A DNA stretch of 53,107 nucleotides, taken from assembly GCA_019414465.1 (NCBI GenBank), contig DXLY01000003.1, forward strand, positions 3,137 to 56,243. The letters run 5' to 3'. A model generated the notes under the pieces. It made no database searches, had not been told where the DNA came from, and saw only the letters and a list, made by a program, of their open reading frames with translations. A program made the translations under genes and the position numbers. This stretch comes from Collinsella sp. GTDB lineage: Bacteria > Actinomycetota > Coriobacteriia > Coriobacteriales > Coriobacteriaceae. This document shows positions 17,956 through 35,005 of the stretch, piece by piece (position 1 is the stretch's first letter; every line of letters starts with the position of its first letter).

Positions 17956-18887
17956 GCGGACGCACCCTTCAGGACATGCTCGGCGCCATCCACCAAATCG
18001 TCGACGATTTCGCGTGCGCTCTGGCGTTCGTTGACCATGCCGGCAATCTGTCCGCACAAATACGAACCCTCTTCGTAATTACCGTCCTTTGCGGCTTTAC
18101 GAAGCGCGCCCGTGCCCATGGCCCCGAGCTCCTCGGGGCTTGCGCCCGCCGCCTCGTTCTTGGCATACGCGTTGGTGAAGGGGCTCTTGAGGGCGCGAAC
18201 CGGATGTCCCGTCGAGCGACCGGTCGCACGCGTCGACGTATCGCCTGCTTTGAGCACCAGCTCTTTGTACTGTTCGGATACGGTGCACTCGTTTGCGACC
18301 AGAAAGCGTGTTCCCACCTGGACGCCGGCAGCGCCGAGCATAAAGGCGGCCGCCACACCACGGCCATCGGCGATGCCGCCGGCCGCCACCACGGGGATAT
18401 CGACCGCATCGACAACCTGCGGCACCAATGCCATCGTCGAGGTCTCGCCAATATGGCCGCCTGATTCGGTTCCCTCGGCAACCACGGCAGTGGCTCCACG
18501 ACGCGCCACGAGGCGCGCCAGCGCCACCGAGGCAACGACCGGGATGACCTTGATGCCCGCCTCGTTCCACGCCTTCATGTACTTGGTGGGATTGCCGGCA
18601 CCCGTCACGACGACCGGCACCCGCTCGTCAATCACGACCCGCGCGACCTCGTCGGCAAACGGGCTCATGAGCATGACGTTGACGCCAAAGGGCTTATCCG
18701 TCCTGGCGCACAGCTCATGAATCTGGTCGCGCAGCCAGTTGGCGTCGGCGTTCATGGCCGCGATAATCCCTAAGCCGCCCGCCTCGGACACTGCGGACGC
18801 CAGCGAGGCGTCGGCGATCCAGGCCATACCGCCCTGGAACACGGGCTTTTCGATGCCGAGCAGATCGCAGAGAGGAGTCTTGAGCAT
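17943..18887 (-). CDS. fabK: Enoyl-ACP reductase II (FMN-dependent)
   Basis: QGGMAW, EGTESGGHIG and AAGGIADGRG motifs in fab operon context. Confidence 0.93.
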   Translation of the reverse strand: MLKTPLCDLLGIEKPVFQGGMAWIADASLASAVSEAGGLGIIAAMNADANWLRDQIHELCARTDKPFGVNVMLMSPFADEVARVVIDERVPVVVTGAGNPTKYMKAWNEAGIKVIPVVASVALARLVARRGATAVVAEGTESGGHIGETSTMALVPQVVDAVDIPVVAAGGIADGRGVAAAFMLGAAGVQVGTRFLVANECTVSEQYKELVLKAGDTSTRATGRSTGHPVRALKSPFTNAYAKNEAAGASPEELGAMGTGALRKAAKDGNYEEGSYLCGQIAGMVNERQSAREIVDDLVDGAEHVLKGASAWVA

Positions 18888-18889
18888 CT

Positions 18890-19126
18890 CTACTTCTCCA
18901 ATGCCGCCTCGACCGTATCGGCGAACTCGCCGACCGTCTTGGGGTTCTCCTCGGTATCGAGCTGGATGCCAAACTCGTCCTCGACGGCGACGAGGATCTC
19001 GACGGTGCCCAGACTGTCGAGACCAATCTCCTCGAGCGTGGACTCGGGCTTCATCTCGACGTCGTCAAGGCCAGCGGTCTCGCGGATAACGTCGCAAACA
19101 CGCTCGAAGGTCTTCTGATCTGCCAT
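18890..19126 (-). CDS. acpP: Acyl carrier protein
   Basis: Acidic 78-aa protein with GLDSL phosphopantetheine motif. RBS AAGGAG. Confidence 0.92.
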   Translation of the reverse strand: MADQKTFERVCDVIRETAGLDDVEMKPESTLEEIGLDSLGTVEILVAVEDEFGIQLDTEENPKTVGEFADTVEAALEK

Positions 19127-19177
19127 GGTAGTTCTCCTTTGTTTGTGCCCTAGGGGCGTTTTATTTCCTATGTGCAA

Positions 19178-20137
19178 CTACTTCCAACGAAGCAGATAGC
19201 CACCTATATCCAGGCCGGCGCCAAATCCAACGAGGGCGATGGTGTCGCCCGTATTCAGTGCGTCGGTGCGTGCCAGCCGGTCAAGCGCAAAGGGAATGCA
19301 GGCGCTCGAAATGTTGCCAGTCTCGCGCAGCGTTCGAACCACGCACTTGTCTGGCACACCGAGGCGCTTGACCGCCTGACTCAGGATTCGTTCGTTAGCC
19401 TGATGGAATACAAAATGGTCGATGTCCTCGACCGAAATGCCCGCATCGCTCGCAAGCTTATGGACCGTGTCGCAAATCGCGTTGACGCCGAACTTGAACA
19501 CGCGGCGGCCATTCATGGACAGCACGCTCTCGCTATCTGCGGAGGCCTTAAACGGCGAGGTGCCAACCAGACCGGGAACGCGCAACGTCTCGACGTCGGG
19601 CGCCGTCGAAAGCTCAACGGCAAGGGGGCTGTCTCCCCCAGCCTCAATCACCGCGGCGCCTGCCCCATCGCCAAAGAGCACACAGGTGGCGCGGTCGGTC
19701 CAGTCGAGCGCGCGCGTCATCTGCTCGGCGGCAACGACAAGCACATGCTTGGCTCGTCCTCGGGCGATATAGCCCTCGGCGACATCGAGCGCAAATACGA
19801 AGCCGGCGCAGGCAGCCGAGACATCGAAAGCAGGGCACGTCGCGCCCAGTCGCTCAGCAACGGCACACGCCTCAGCGGGAACAAGGTGGTCACCCGTCGT
19901 CGTCGAGCAGACGATCAGATCCAGCTGGCTCGCGTCGATTCCGGACACCTGGAGTGCCCGCTCGCTCGCCGCTACGGCAAGGTCATCAAGTGACTCGGTG
20001 GTGCATACATGGCGGCTCTTGATACCTGTGCGGGTAAAAATCCACTCATCCGAGGTATCGAGGAACTCGGACAGCTCGTCATTGGAAACACTGCGCTTAG
20101 GAAGCGCCGAGCCTGTTCCAAGAATCGTGAAACCCAT
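19178..20137 (-). CDS. fabH: Beta-ketoacyl-ACP synthase III
   Basis: AACAGF, FHQAN and GNISSA catalytic motifs. RBS AAAGGAGG before ATG 20137. Confidence 0.94.
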   Translation of the reverse strand: MGFTILGTGSALPKRSVSNDELSEFLDTSDEWIFTRTGIKSRHVCTTESLDDLAVAASERALQVSGIDASQLDLIVCSTTTGDHLVPAEACAVAERLGATCPAFDVSAACAGFVFALDVAEGYIARGRAKHVLVVAAEQMTRALDWTDRATCVLFGDGAGAAVIEAGGDSPLAVELSTAPDVETLRVPGLVGTSPFKASADSESVLSMNGRRVFKFGVNAICDTVHKLASDAGISVEDIDHFVFHQANERILSQAVKRLGVPDKCVVRTLRETGNISSACIPFALDRLARTDALNTGDTIALVGFGAGLDIGGYLLRWK

Positions 20138-20153
20138 CACTAACCTCCTTTGA

Positions 20154-20220
20154 GTTGTTGACGTGTTTACATCGACCAAGAGAGGATAGCGCAATTTAGT
20201 CGTTGTTGACGTGTTAACAT
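20154..20220. promoter_or_regulatory. Two near-identical 19-bp palindromic operator-like sites upstream of fabH
   Basis: GTTGTTGACGTGTTTACAT (20154-20172) and GTTGTTGACGTGTTAACAT (20202-20220), 48 bp apart. Core TGTTGAC-GT-GTTAACA is an imperfect dyad. Confidence 0.65.
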
Positions 20221-20313
20221 TAAATTGTCCAAATGCGACAAAGGCTTCACATTGTGTCTATCTCTCGACACCATTGCACGATTGCTTTATTAACTTAGGA
20301 GGTAGCAGCCGTT

Positions 20314-21090
20314 ATGGATGCCAAATTAACGATAGTCGACGTAACCGGATCGACCAACGATGACCTGCTCGAAGCAGGAAAACAGGGAGCGACGCACGGC
20401 ACAGGACTTGCCGCCCGGGCTCAGACAGCAGGACGCGGCCGGCGCGGCCACAAGTGGGATTCAACCGCCGGCAACCTATTGCTTTCGATTGTCCTGCGTC
20501 CATGCGTTAATCCTGCGAAGTACTCTGGTCTAGCTGCCGTCAGCGGCCTAGCGGTGCTCGAGGCGCTCGAAAAACAGGGTCTTGCAAACGAGATTGGCCT
20601 CAAATGGCCCAACGACCTGGTCGCGCGTGGACGCAAACTCGGCGGCATTCTGGTCGAGGCCGCACGCGATAACGAAGGCAAACCTTTCGCCGTCTGTGGC
20701 ATTGGTGTCAATGTGAACTATGCGCCCCAAGAGGTGCCCGATGGCGGCCTGCCGGCAATCGGTCTCTCGGACCTTAACGAGAACGTTCCTGCTGTCGACA
20801 TGCTCCTCGATGAGGTCTATCACGCAGTTATAGACGCTGTAGATGCCTGGGCAGAACGCCTCAACGCCATGGAAGAAAACACCGGACCGCTCGCGCCCGT
20901 CCACGGCGAATATGTCGCTCACCTCAATTGGATTGGAAAGCATGTTATCGCCCGCTCCCCCGCTGGAGACGAGCTGACGCGAGGCATCTTTAAAACGGTC
21001 GATGACTTTGGTCGCGCGTGCATCGAAACGGAGGACGGCGTGCGATCCTTCCATTTTGAGGAGGCATCGCTGCGCCCCTTGAGCGAATAG
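20314..21090 (+). CDS. birA: Biotin--[acetyl-CoA carboxylase] ligase, monofunctional (no N-terminal HTH)
   Basis: GSTN, QTAGRGRRG, KWPND and KLGGILVE motifs; the protein starts directly at the catalytic domain. Confidence 0.92.
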   Translation: MDAKLTIVDVTGSTNDDLLEAGKQGATHGTGLAARAQTAGRGRRGHKWDSTAGNLLLSIVLRPCVNPAKYSGLAAVSGLAVLEALEKQGLANEIGLKWPNDLVARGRKLGGILVEAARDNEGKPFAVCGIGVNVNYAPQEVPDGGLPAIGLSDLNENVPAVDMLLDEVYHAVIDAVDAWAERLNAMEENTGPLAPVHGEYVAHLNWIGKHVIARSPAGDELTRGIFKTVDDFGRACIETEDGVRSFHFEEASLRPLSE

Positions 21091-21146
21091 GGCGCCGCAC
21101 CCACCTACTCGGCAGCATTATCCGGCAGTGCAAACCATCATTCAAA

Positions 21147-21186
21147 ACAAAAGAGCCCCGCTACCGTAATGGCAGCGGGGCCCTTT
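21147..21186. terminator. Bidirectional terminator between birA and rpsJ
   Basis: AAAAGAGCCCCGCT..AGCGGGGCCCTTT hairpin with A/T runs on both sides. Confidence 0.7.
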
Positions 21187-21205
21187 AAGCTATGAGCGAT
21201 ATCGC

Positions 21206-21514
21206 TTAGAGCTTGATGTCGATGTCGACGCCAGCGGGGAGGTCGAGACGCATGAGCGAATCAACGGTGCCCGAGGTGGGGTCGAGGATGTCGATGAGGC
21301 GCTTGTGGGTGCGCATCTCGAACTGCTCACGGGAGTCCTTGTTCACGTGCGGCGAGCGGATAACCGTGTACAGGTTGCGCTCGGTGGGCAGGGGGACAGG
21401 ACCGGAAACGCGAGCGCCGGTCTTCTGAGCGGTCTCAACGATGAGCTTCGCGGACTGATCGACGACCTCGTGATCATAGCCCTTGAGGCGAATGCGGATC
21501 TTCTGGGTAGCCAA
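21206..21514 (-). CDS. rpsJ: 30S ribosomal protein S10
   Basis: [11 protein letters not shown] and [23 protein letters not shown] start after GGAGG. Confidence 0.97.
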   Translation of the reverse strand: MATQKIRIRLKGYDHEVVDQSAKLIVETAQKTGARVSGPVPLPTERNLYTVIRSPHVNKDSREQFEMRTHKRLIDILDPTSGTVDSLMRLDLPAGVDIDIKL

Positions 21515-21575
21515 CTTAAACCTCCAAAGAGTGCGAGAGATGTTCTCGCAGGATTACGTAACAGGGAGCTCGAAC

Positions 21576-23675
21576 TTAGGCGTTCTTGCTCATGACCTCG
21601 TCCACGATGGACTTGGGCGCGGGCTCATAAGAGTCGAACTGCATCGTGTAGGATGCACGGCCCTGGGTCTGGGAGCGAAGGTCGGTAGCGTAACCGAACA
21701 TCTCGCCCAGCGGCACCTTGGCACGGATGAGCTTGCTGTTCTTGCGATCCTCCATGCCCTCGATCTTGCCGCGGCGACCGGAGAGGTTGCCCATAACGTC
21801 GCCCATGTACTGCTCGGGGGTCTCGACCTCGACAGCCATGATCGGCTCGAGCAGCTGCGGATCAGACTTCTTGAGGGCGTCCTTGATAGCCATGGAACCG
21901 GCGATCTTGAAGGCAGCCTCGGAGGAGTCGACCTCGTGGTAAGAACCGTCGAACAGGGTGACCTTAACGTCGAGGACCGGGAAGCCGGCGATAACACCGG
22001 TGTTCAGGGCCTCCTGGATGCCCTTGTCGATGGACGGGATGTACTCCTTGGGCACGACGCCGCCGACGATAGCGTTGACGAACTCGTAGCCGAAGCCCTC
22101 CTCCATCTTCTCGAGCTTGATGACGGCGTGGCCGTACTGACCGCGACCGCCGGACTGACGGACGAACTTGCCCTCAGCCTTCTCGACGTCGTGACCAGCG
22201 GTCTCACGGTAGGCAACCTGGGGCTTACCAACGTTAGCGTCAACCTTGAACTCGCGGAGCAGACGGTCGACGATGATCTCGAGGTGCAGCTCGCCCATGC
22301 CGGCGATGATGGTCTGGCCGGTCTCGTGGTTGGTGGACACCTGGAAGGTCGGGTCCTCCTCGGCGAGCTTGGTCAGAGCCAGGGACATCTTGTCCTGCTC
22401 GGCCTTGGTCTTGGGCTCGATGGCAACGTCGATAACAGGCTTAGCGAACTCGATCTTCTCGAGGACGATCTCCTTGCCCTCGGCGCACAGGGTGTCACCG
22501 GTGGTGGAGTTCTTGAAGCCGACGCAAGCGACGATGTCGCCGGCGGCAGCGTCGTCACGGTCGATACGCTCGGCGGCGTTCATCTCGAGGATGCGGCCGA
22601 GGCGCTCGCGCTGACCGTTGGAAGCGTTGACAACGTAGGAGCCAGACTCGGCGCGGCCGGAGTAAACGCGGACATAGGTGAGCTTACCGACGAACGGGTC
22701 GGTCATGATCTTGAAGACCAGGCCGGAGAAGGGCTCGTCGAAGGAAGGATGACGCTGGATCTCCTCGCCGGTGTCCGGATCGGTACCGGTGACGGCCTCG
22801 ACGTCGAGCGGGCTGGGCAGGTAGTCGACGACAGCGTCGAGCAGCTCCTGGACGCCCTTGTTCTTGTAGGCGGAGCCCACGAAGACGAGGTTGAGCTCGT
22901 TGGCCAGAACGCCCTTGCGCAGAGCAGCCTTGAGCTCCTCGACGGTGAAGTCCTCCTCCATGAGGATCTTCTCCATGAGCTCGTCGTCAAAGCTGGCAGC
23001 AGCGTCGAGGAGCTCCTCGCGCTTGGTGGCAGCGATGTCGGCGAACTCAGCCGGGATCTCGTCCATCGGCTCGGGGTAGGTCATGCCCTTGTCGTCGGCC
23101 TTGAAGTCCCATGCGGTCATGGTGACGAGGTCGATAACGCCCCAGAAGTTGTCCTCGGCGCCCATCGGGACCTGAGCGGCCACGGCGTTGGCGTCGAGAC
23201 GATCCTTCATGGTCTCGATAGCGTTGAAGAAGTCAGCGCCCACGCGGTCATATTTGTTGATGAAGGCGATGCGGGGGACGTTGAAGGTAGAAGCCTGACG
23301 CCAAACGGTCTCAGACTGGGGCTGAACGCCGGCAACGGCGTCGAAGACGGCGACAGCGCCATCGAGGACGCGCAGGCAGCGCTCAACCTCGGCGGTGAAG
23401 TCAACGTGGCCCGGGGTGTCGATGATCTGGATACGGTAGTCCTTGCCGTCCTTGTTCCAGAAGCAGGTGGTAGCAGCGGAGGTAATGGTTACGCCGCGCT
23501 CCTGCTCCTGAACCATCCAGTCCATGGTGGCAGCGCCCTCATGGACCTCACCGATCTTGTGGGTCTTACCGGTGTAGTAAAGAATACGCTCGGTCGTGGT
23601 GGTCTTACCAGCATCGATGTGGGCCATGATGCCGATGTTACGGGTATCGGAAAGCTTGTACTTAGGCTTAGCCAT
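21576..23675 (-). CDS. fusA: Elongation factor G
   Basis: [22 protein letters not shown]; 699 aa. Confidence 0.98.
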   Translation of the reverse strand: MAKPKYKLSDTRNIGIMAHIDAGKTTTTERILYYTGKTHKIGEVHEGAATMDWMVQEQERGVTITSAATTCFWNKDGKDYRIQIIDTPGHVDFTAEVERCLRVLDGAVAVFDAVAGVQPQSETVWRQASTFNVPRIAFINKYDRVGADFFNAIETMKDRLDANAVAAQVPMGAEDNFWGVIDLVTMTAWDFKADDKGMTYPEPMDEIPAEFADIAATKREELLDAAASFDDELMEKILMEEDFTVEELKAALRKGVLANELNLVFVGSAYKNKGVQELLDAVVDYLPSPLDVEAVTGTDPDTGEEIQRHPSFDEPFSGLVFKIMTDPFVGKLTYVRVYSGRAESGSYVVNASNGQRERLGRILEMNAAERIDRDDAAAGDIVACVGFKNSTTGDTLCAEGKEIVLEKIEFAKPVIDVAIEPKTKAEQDKMSLALTKLAEEDPTFQVSTNHETGQTIIAGMGELHLEIIVDRLLREFKVDANVGKPQVAYRETAGHDVEKAEGKFVRQSGGRGQYGHAVIKLEKMEEGFGYEFVNAIVGGVVPKEYIPSIDKGIQEALNTGVIAGFPVLDVKVTLFDGSYHEVDSSEAAFKIAGSMAIKDALKKSDPQLLEPIMAVEVETPEQYMGDVMGNLSGRRGKIEGMEDRKNSKLIRAKVPLGEMFGYATDLRSQTQGRASYTMQFDSYEPAPKSIVDEVMSKNA

Positions 23676-23695
23676 GTTAGTTCCTTACCTTAAAC

Positions 23696-24169
23696 TTACC
23701 AACGATAGTGAGAGAACGCGCGGTTGGCCTCGGCCATCTTGAAGACGTCCTCACGCTTCTTGACGGAAGCGCCCAGGCCGTTGGAAGCGTCGAGGATCTC
23801 GTTGGCGAGACGCTCGGCCATGGTCTTCTCCTTGCGAGCGCGGGAGAAGTTGACGATCCAGCGGATACCCAGAGCGGTGGAACGACGGGAGTTGACCTCC
23901 ATCGGGACCTGATAGGTGGCGCCGCCGACACGCTTGGGCTTAACCTCGAGCGTGGGCTTGACGTTGTCCATAGCCTTCTTGAAGGTAGCGAGAGCGTCGC
24001 CACCCTCGGACTTCTCGGCAACGATCTCGAAAGCGGTGTAAACGATGCGCTCAGCGGTGGCCTTCTTGCCGTCAAGAAGGACCTTGTTGATGAGCTGAGT
24101 CACCAGGCGGTTGTTGTAAACGGCGTCAGGCTGAACCTCACGACGATTAGCTGCTGCACGACGCGGCAT
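23696..24169 (-). CDS. rpsG: 30S ribosomal protein S7
   Basis: [14 protein letters not shown] and [12 protein letters not shown]. Confidence 0.98.
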   Translation of the reverse strand: MPRRAAANRREVQPDAVYNNRLVTQLINKVLLDGKKATAERIVYTAFEIVAEKSEGGDALATFKKAMDNVKPTLEVKPKRVGGATYQVPMEVNSRRSTALGIRWIVNFSRARKEKTMAERLANEILDASNGLGASVKKREDVFKMAEANRAFSHYRW

Positions 24170-24242
24170 GTGAAATCTCCTTAAGTGTCTACCGTGCGGC
24201 GCTTAGGCGGCACACGGCGAAAGTATCAAAACGTTATCTGGC

Positions 24243-24620
24243 TTATTTAGCCTTGGGGCGCTTAGCACCGTACTTGGAACGGGCCTGCATACGGTTCTGG
24301 ACCGGAGCAGCGTCGTAGGCGCCACGGATGACGTGATAACGGACACCAGGGAGGTCACGGACACGACCGCCGCGGACGAGCACGATGGAGTGCTCCTGCA
24401 GGTTGTGGCCCTCACCCGGGATGTAAGCAGTAACTTCGATGCCGTTGACAAGGCGAACACGGGCAACCTTACGAAGAGCCGAGTTCGGCTTCTTGGGGCT
24501 CGTGGTGAAGACGCGGGTGCACACGCCGCGCTTCTGGGAGTTGTGCTGCAGAGCAGCGTTCTTGGACTTCTTGGGCACGGAACGACGGCCCTGGCGAACC
24601 AGCTGGTTAATAGTAGGCAA
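24243..24620 (-). CDS. rpsL: 30S ribosomal protein S12
   Basis: [21 protein letters not shown] and DLPGVRY. TTG start after AGGAG. Confidence 0.98.
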   Translation of the reverse strand: MPTINQLVRQGRRSVPKKSKNAALQHNSQKRGVCTRVFTTSPKKPNSALRKVARVRLVNGIEVTAYIPGEGHNLQEHSIVLVRGGRVRDLPGVRYHVIRGAYDAAPVQNRMQARSKYGAKRPKAK

Positions 24621-24713
24621 AGCGTACTCCTTCTCGAATGATTCCAGCTTTCTGTAAAGTGCAACGGCTTGAATCGAGGGGTCAGCATCCCCCTACGAAA
24701 CACGCAGTTCGAT

Positions 24714-24742
24714 AGGATACGTGGCGTTAGCTGTGCCGTCAA
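24714..24742 (-). promoter_or_regulatory. Housekeeping-sigma promoter of the rpsL operon
   Basis: Minus strand TTGACG-17 bp-TATCCT about 95 nt upstream of rpsL. Confidence 0.6.
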
Positions 24743-24850
24743 CAGACCACGCCACCGGGCGTATCCCAAAATAGCTATATTTCCGTAAAGCCTCCATAAA
24801 AGGAATCCCCGCCTGTGCGCAAGTGCCCATTCCAGCCGTCCATTTAACGC

Positions 24851-24884
24851 AAAAAAGGCCGCTTCCCCTCTTGGAAAGCGGCCT
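24851..24884 (-). terminator. Rho-independent terminator after anti-sigma gene
   Basis: Minus strand AGGCCGCTTTCC..GGAAGCGGCC followed by TTTTTT. Confidence 0.7.
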
Positions 24885-24889
24885 AGACC

Positions 24890-25966
24890 TTACGAATAGA
24901 CGATGGTAAAGGGTACTTCTGTTTCGGTCTCTCCTGTTGATGTGCACCTCGTTCCCTCAAGGGTTACCGATACAACCTGATCGACATTGATGAGCCTTGT
25001 CGGAACCCAGATGTTCTCTCCGCTATTGCGCGCCATCGAAACATAGAAATTGTACGCCCCTGCGTCGTCATCTTCGATAATCTGCTCCGATCCATCCTTG
25101 TAGCTGACGGTCAGTTTATGATCAACTGCTTCATAGCCCAGATCATCTATGTGCGTCTGGATGGAAAACGGGCTGATCTCGAGAGGCGAGTCGTCGGAGC
25201 GGAGCTCCTTTGTATCGACGTGCGCTCCGACGTTAAACCCTGGCGTCGATACCTCGATCACCTTCGCATCCTCACCTTTGCCCTCCGTCCAACTGATATT
25301 CCAGGTGACCGCATGTCGTAAATCTCGATCGCGATTCCAAGATGCAAAGTACATCGTGCCGTTAATGACCGTGTCGCTTGATGTGTCTTTATCAATGGTG
25401 CAGCGTGTATCAGCCCATTCCTCGCCGAAGTTCATGCTGGGTGTACTGACGCCCCCTTCTTCTTCACCATAGAGAACAAGTTCGCCAAGCTCTGCCGCCG
25501 GCTTGTAGTAGTTAACGCCATTCGGATTGGACAATGTAAACGTCACAGCACCGCAACCGTTCTCGTCGATTGCCATCTCATGAATGTCGAGCGTATAGCC
25601 GTTGCCCTCGACGGACAGATTGACCTTCTGGACTGCACCCTCCAGGCTTTGGGGCGCGATACCATCACCAAACTCTCTGGTGTAGGTATATTTCGTCCCC
25701 GACGAGCCGCCATTTGTCCAGGTAACGGACTCTCCGTTGCCATGGTTTCCCCAGGCAGAGGCAAAATAACTGGAATTGACAACAGCGTAGGCGACCCCTC
25801 CGGTCGCCAGCACTCCGGCAAGACATCCGATTACGGCAACATACAGAGGCTTCGCGTGACCCTTTCGGCGAAGCGGCTCGCCAGCAGCGGCATAAAGAAC
25901 ACGGTCAGCAAGATCGCTATCGGCTTGGACGGACTCGAAGGCCTGCTTGATCTGGTTGGATTTCAC
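24890..25966 (-). CDS. Putative membrane-anchored anti-sigma factor with large extracytoplasmic domain
   Basis: Short cytoplasmic N-terminus, one TM helix (LYVAVIGCLAGVLATGGVAYA), then a long polar domain. GTG start after AGGAGG, overlapping the ECF sigma gene. Confidence 0.65.
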   Translation of the reverse strand: MKSNQIKQAFESVQADSDLADRVLYAAAGEPLRRKGHAKPLYVAVIGCLAGVLATGGVAYAVVNSSYFASAWGNHGNGESVTWTNGGSSGTKYTYTREFGDGIAPQSLEGAVQKVNLSVEGNGYTLDIHEMAIDENGCGAVTFTLSNPNGVNYYKPAAELGELVLYGEEEGGVSTPSMNFGEEWADTRCTIDKDTSSDTVINGTMYFASWNRDRDLRHAVTWNISWTEGKGEDAKVIEVSTPGFNVGAHVDTKELRSDDSPLEISPFSIQTHIDDLGYEAVDHKLTVSYKDGSEQIIEDDDAGAYNFYVSMARNSGENIWVPTRLINVDQVVSVTLEGTRCTSTGETETEVPFTIVYS

Positions 25967-26435
25967 GGTCGCCCTCCTCTAGGATGAACTTGAGCTTCGA
26001 TCTGCCGCGAGCTAAACGCGTTCGAACGGTCGCGGCTGGCACATGCAGTAACTCGGCAATTTCTGAAGTCGAGAAACCCAGATAGTAATAGAGCACGATA
26101 GGAATACGGAATCGCTCCGGAAGTCGCATAACGTCTGACAGGACCGCCTTGGTCTCCTCCTGCGCCGTCGAAAGCGAATCGGCCAGATTCTCAATATCCT
26201 CCACGCGCCTCCACGGCTTTCGAAAGAGAGATTTACATTCATTGATCGTGACCCGGATAAGCCATCGACGAAGATGCTCCCAGTTTTCAAATTGCGCGTC
26301 GCTTTTGAGCAACTTAAGAAAGACGTCTTGAGCGACATCGTCGGCGTCAGCGCGATCACGCAGATACGTCAATGCGATCCGAAACACGACATCCCGGTGG
26401 TCTTCGACCGCCTGTCTAAAAGCTTGTTCTTCCAT
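25917..26435 (-). CDS. ECF RNA polymerase sigma factor
   Basis: DADDVAQDVFLK and WLIRVTIN (region 2); EIAELLHVPAATVRTRLARGR (region 4). RBS GGAGGTG. Confidence 0.9.
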   Translation of the reverse strand: MEEQAFRQAVEDHRDVVFRIALTYLRDRADADDVAQDVFLKLLKSDAQFENWEHLRRWLIRVTINECKSLFRKPWRRVEDIENLADSLSTAQEETKAVLSDVMRLPERFRIPIVLYYYLGFSTSEIAELLHVPAATVRTRLARGRSKLKFILEEGDREIQPDQAGLRVRPSR

Positions 26436-26485
26436 AATCACCTCCCGGTGACATTAATGGTTCTCGATGAGGCCCTCACCATAGA

Positions 26486-26512
26486 TACGCTCTTGTCGGG
26501 CGAAATGTTTCA
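26486..26512 (-). promoter_or_regulatory. ECF-type autoregulatory promoter
   Basis: Minus strand TGAAAC-17 bp-CGTA about 50 nt upstream of the sigma gene, resembling the B. subtilis SigW/SigM/SigX class consensus. Confidence 0.6.
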
Positions 26513-26600
26513 AATTCAAGCATGAAAAACCGACCAAATAAACCTGTCCCTTTTTGGCAAGGGATCAACGGAACGCAACAGGTTGAGCATACGCAAGCGA

Positions 26601-26700
26601 GCGGCCCCCAGAGCGTACAAGGTGGCATGAAAAAGGCAGGGCATTGACCTTTTGGTCATGCCCTGCCTTTTGAATGACAGATTGTAGCTCTGGGGGCCGC
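26601..26700. terminator. Bidirectional rpoC terminator nested in a ~100-bp imperfect palindrome
   Basis: Inner AAAAGGCAGGGCAT..ATGCCCTGCCTTTT; outer perfect 14-bp arms GCGGCCCCCAGAGC / GCTCTGGGGGCCGC. Confidence 0.7.
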
Positions 26701-26744
26701 GCAGCGACGGAGGTCGCCGCCGTTCGTTAGAACGGCGGAACTAA

Positions 26745-31220
<4,476 letters not shown>

Positions 31221-31226
31221 AGTCAA

Positions 31227-34718
<3,492 letters not shown>

Positions 34719-34791
34719 CAGGTTTTTCCTCCTTCACGGAAATGCTCGGTGGGTTGGCGAGGCATAGCTTCGCCAGTTATCGCAACCTAAT

Positions 34792-34819
34792 AGTTTATCA
34801 GGTACCGACCGTTGGGCAA
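34792..34819 (-). promoter_or_regulatory. Candidate rpoBC promoter
   Basis: Minus strand TTGCCC-16 bp-TAAACT with extended -10 TG. Confidence 0.45.
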
Positions 34820-34895
34820 GAAAAGCCTTGACGCGATTGAGTTTTTGGAGTAGCAAAGTTTTTCGGCAGAAAATATGCAGGTAGATGTATGTGTA

Positions 34896-34910
34896 TCGAA
34901 CATCTGTTCA
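34896..34910. promoter_or_regulatory. Candidate LexA (SOS) box
   Basis: TCGAAC-ATCT-GTTCA matches the Gram-positive GAAC-N4-GTTC consensus. Confidence 0.4.
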
Positions 34911-35005
34911 TATATTTTCTGTGAACAGAGGGCCGGCAATCGCAGCTCTTATAAAAAACGGGCGCGAACCGAGGTCCACGCCCGTAAATGTCGATGCCCG
35001 AAGGC

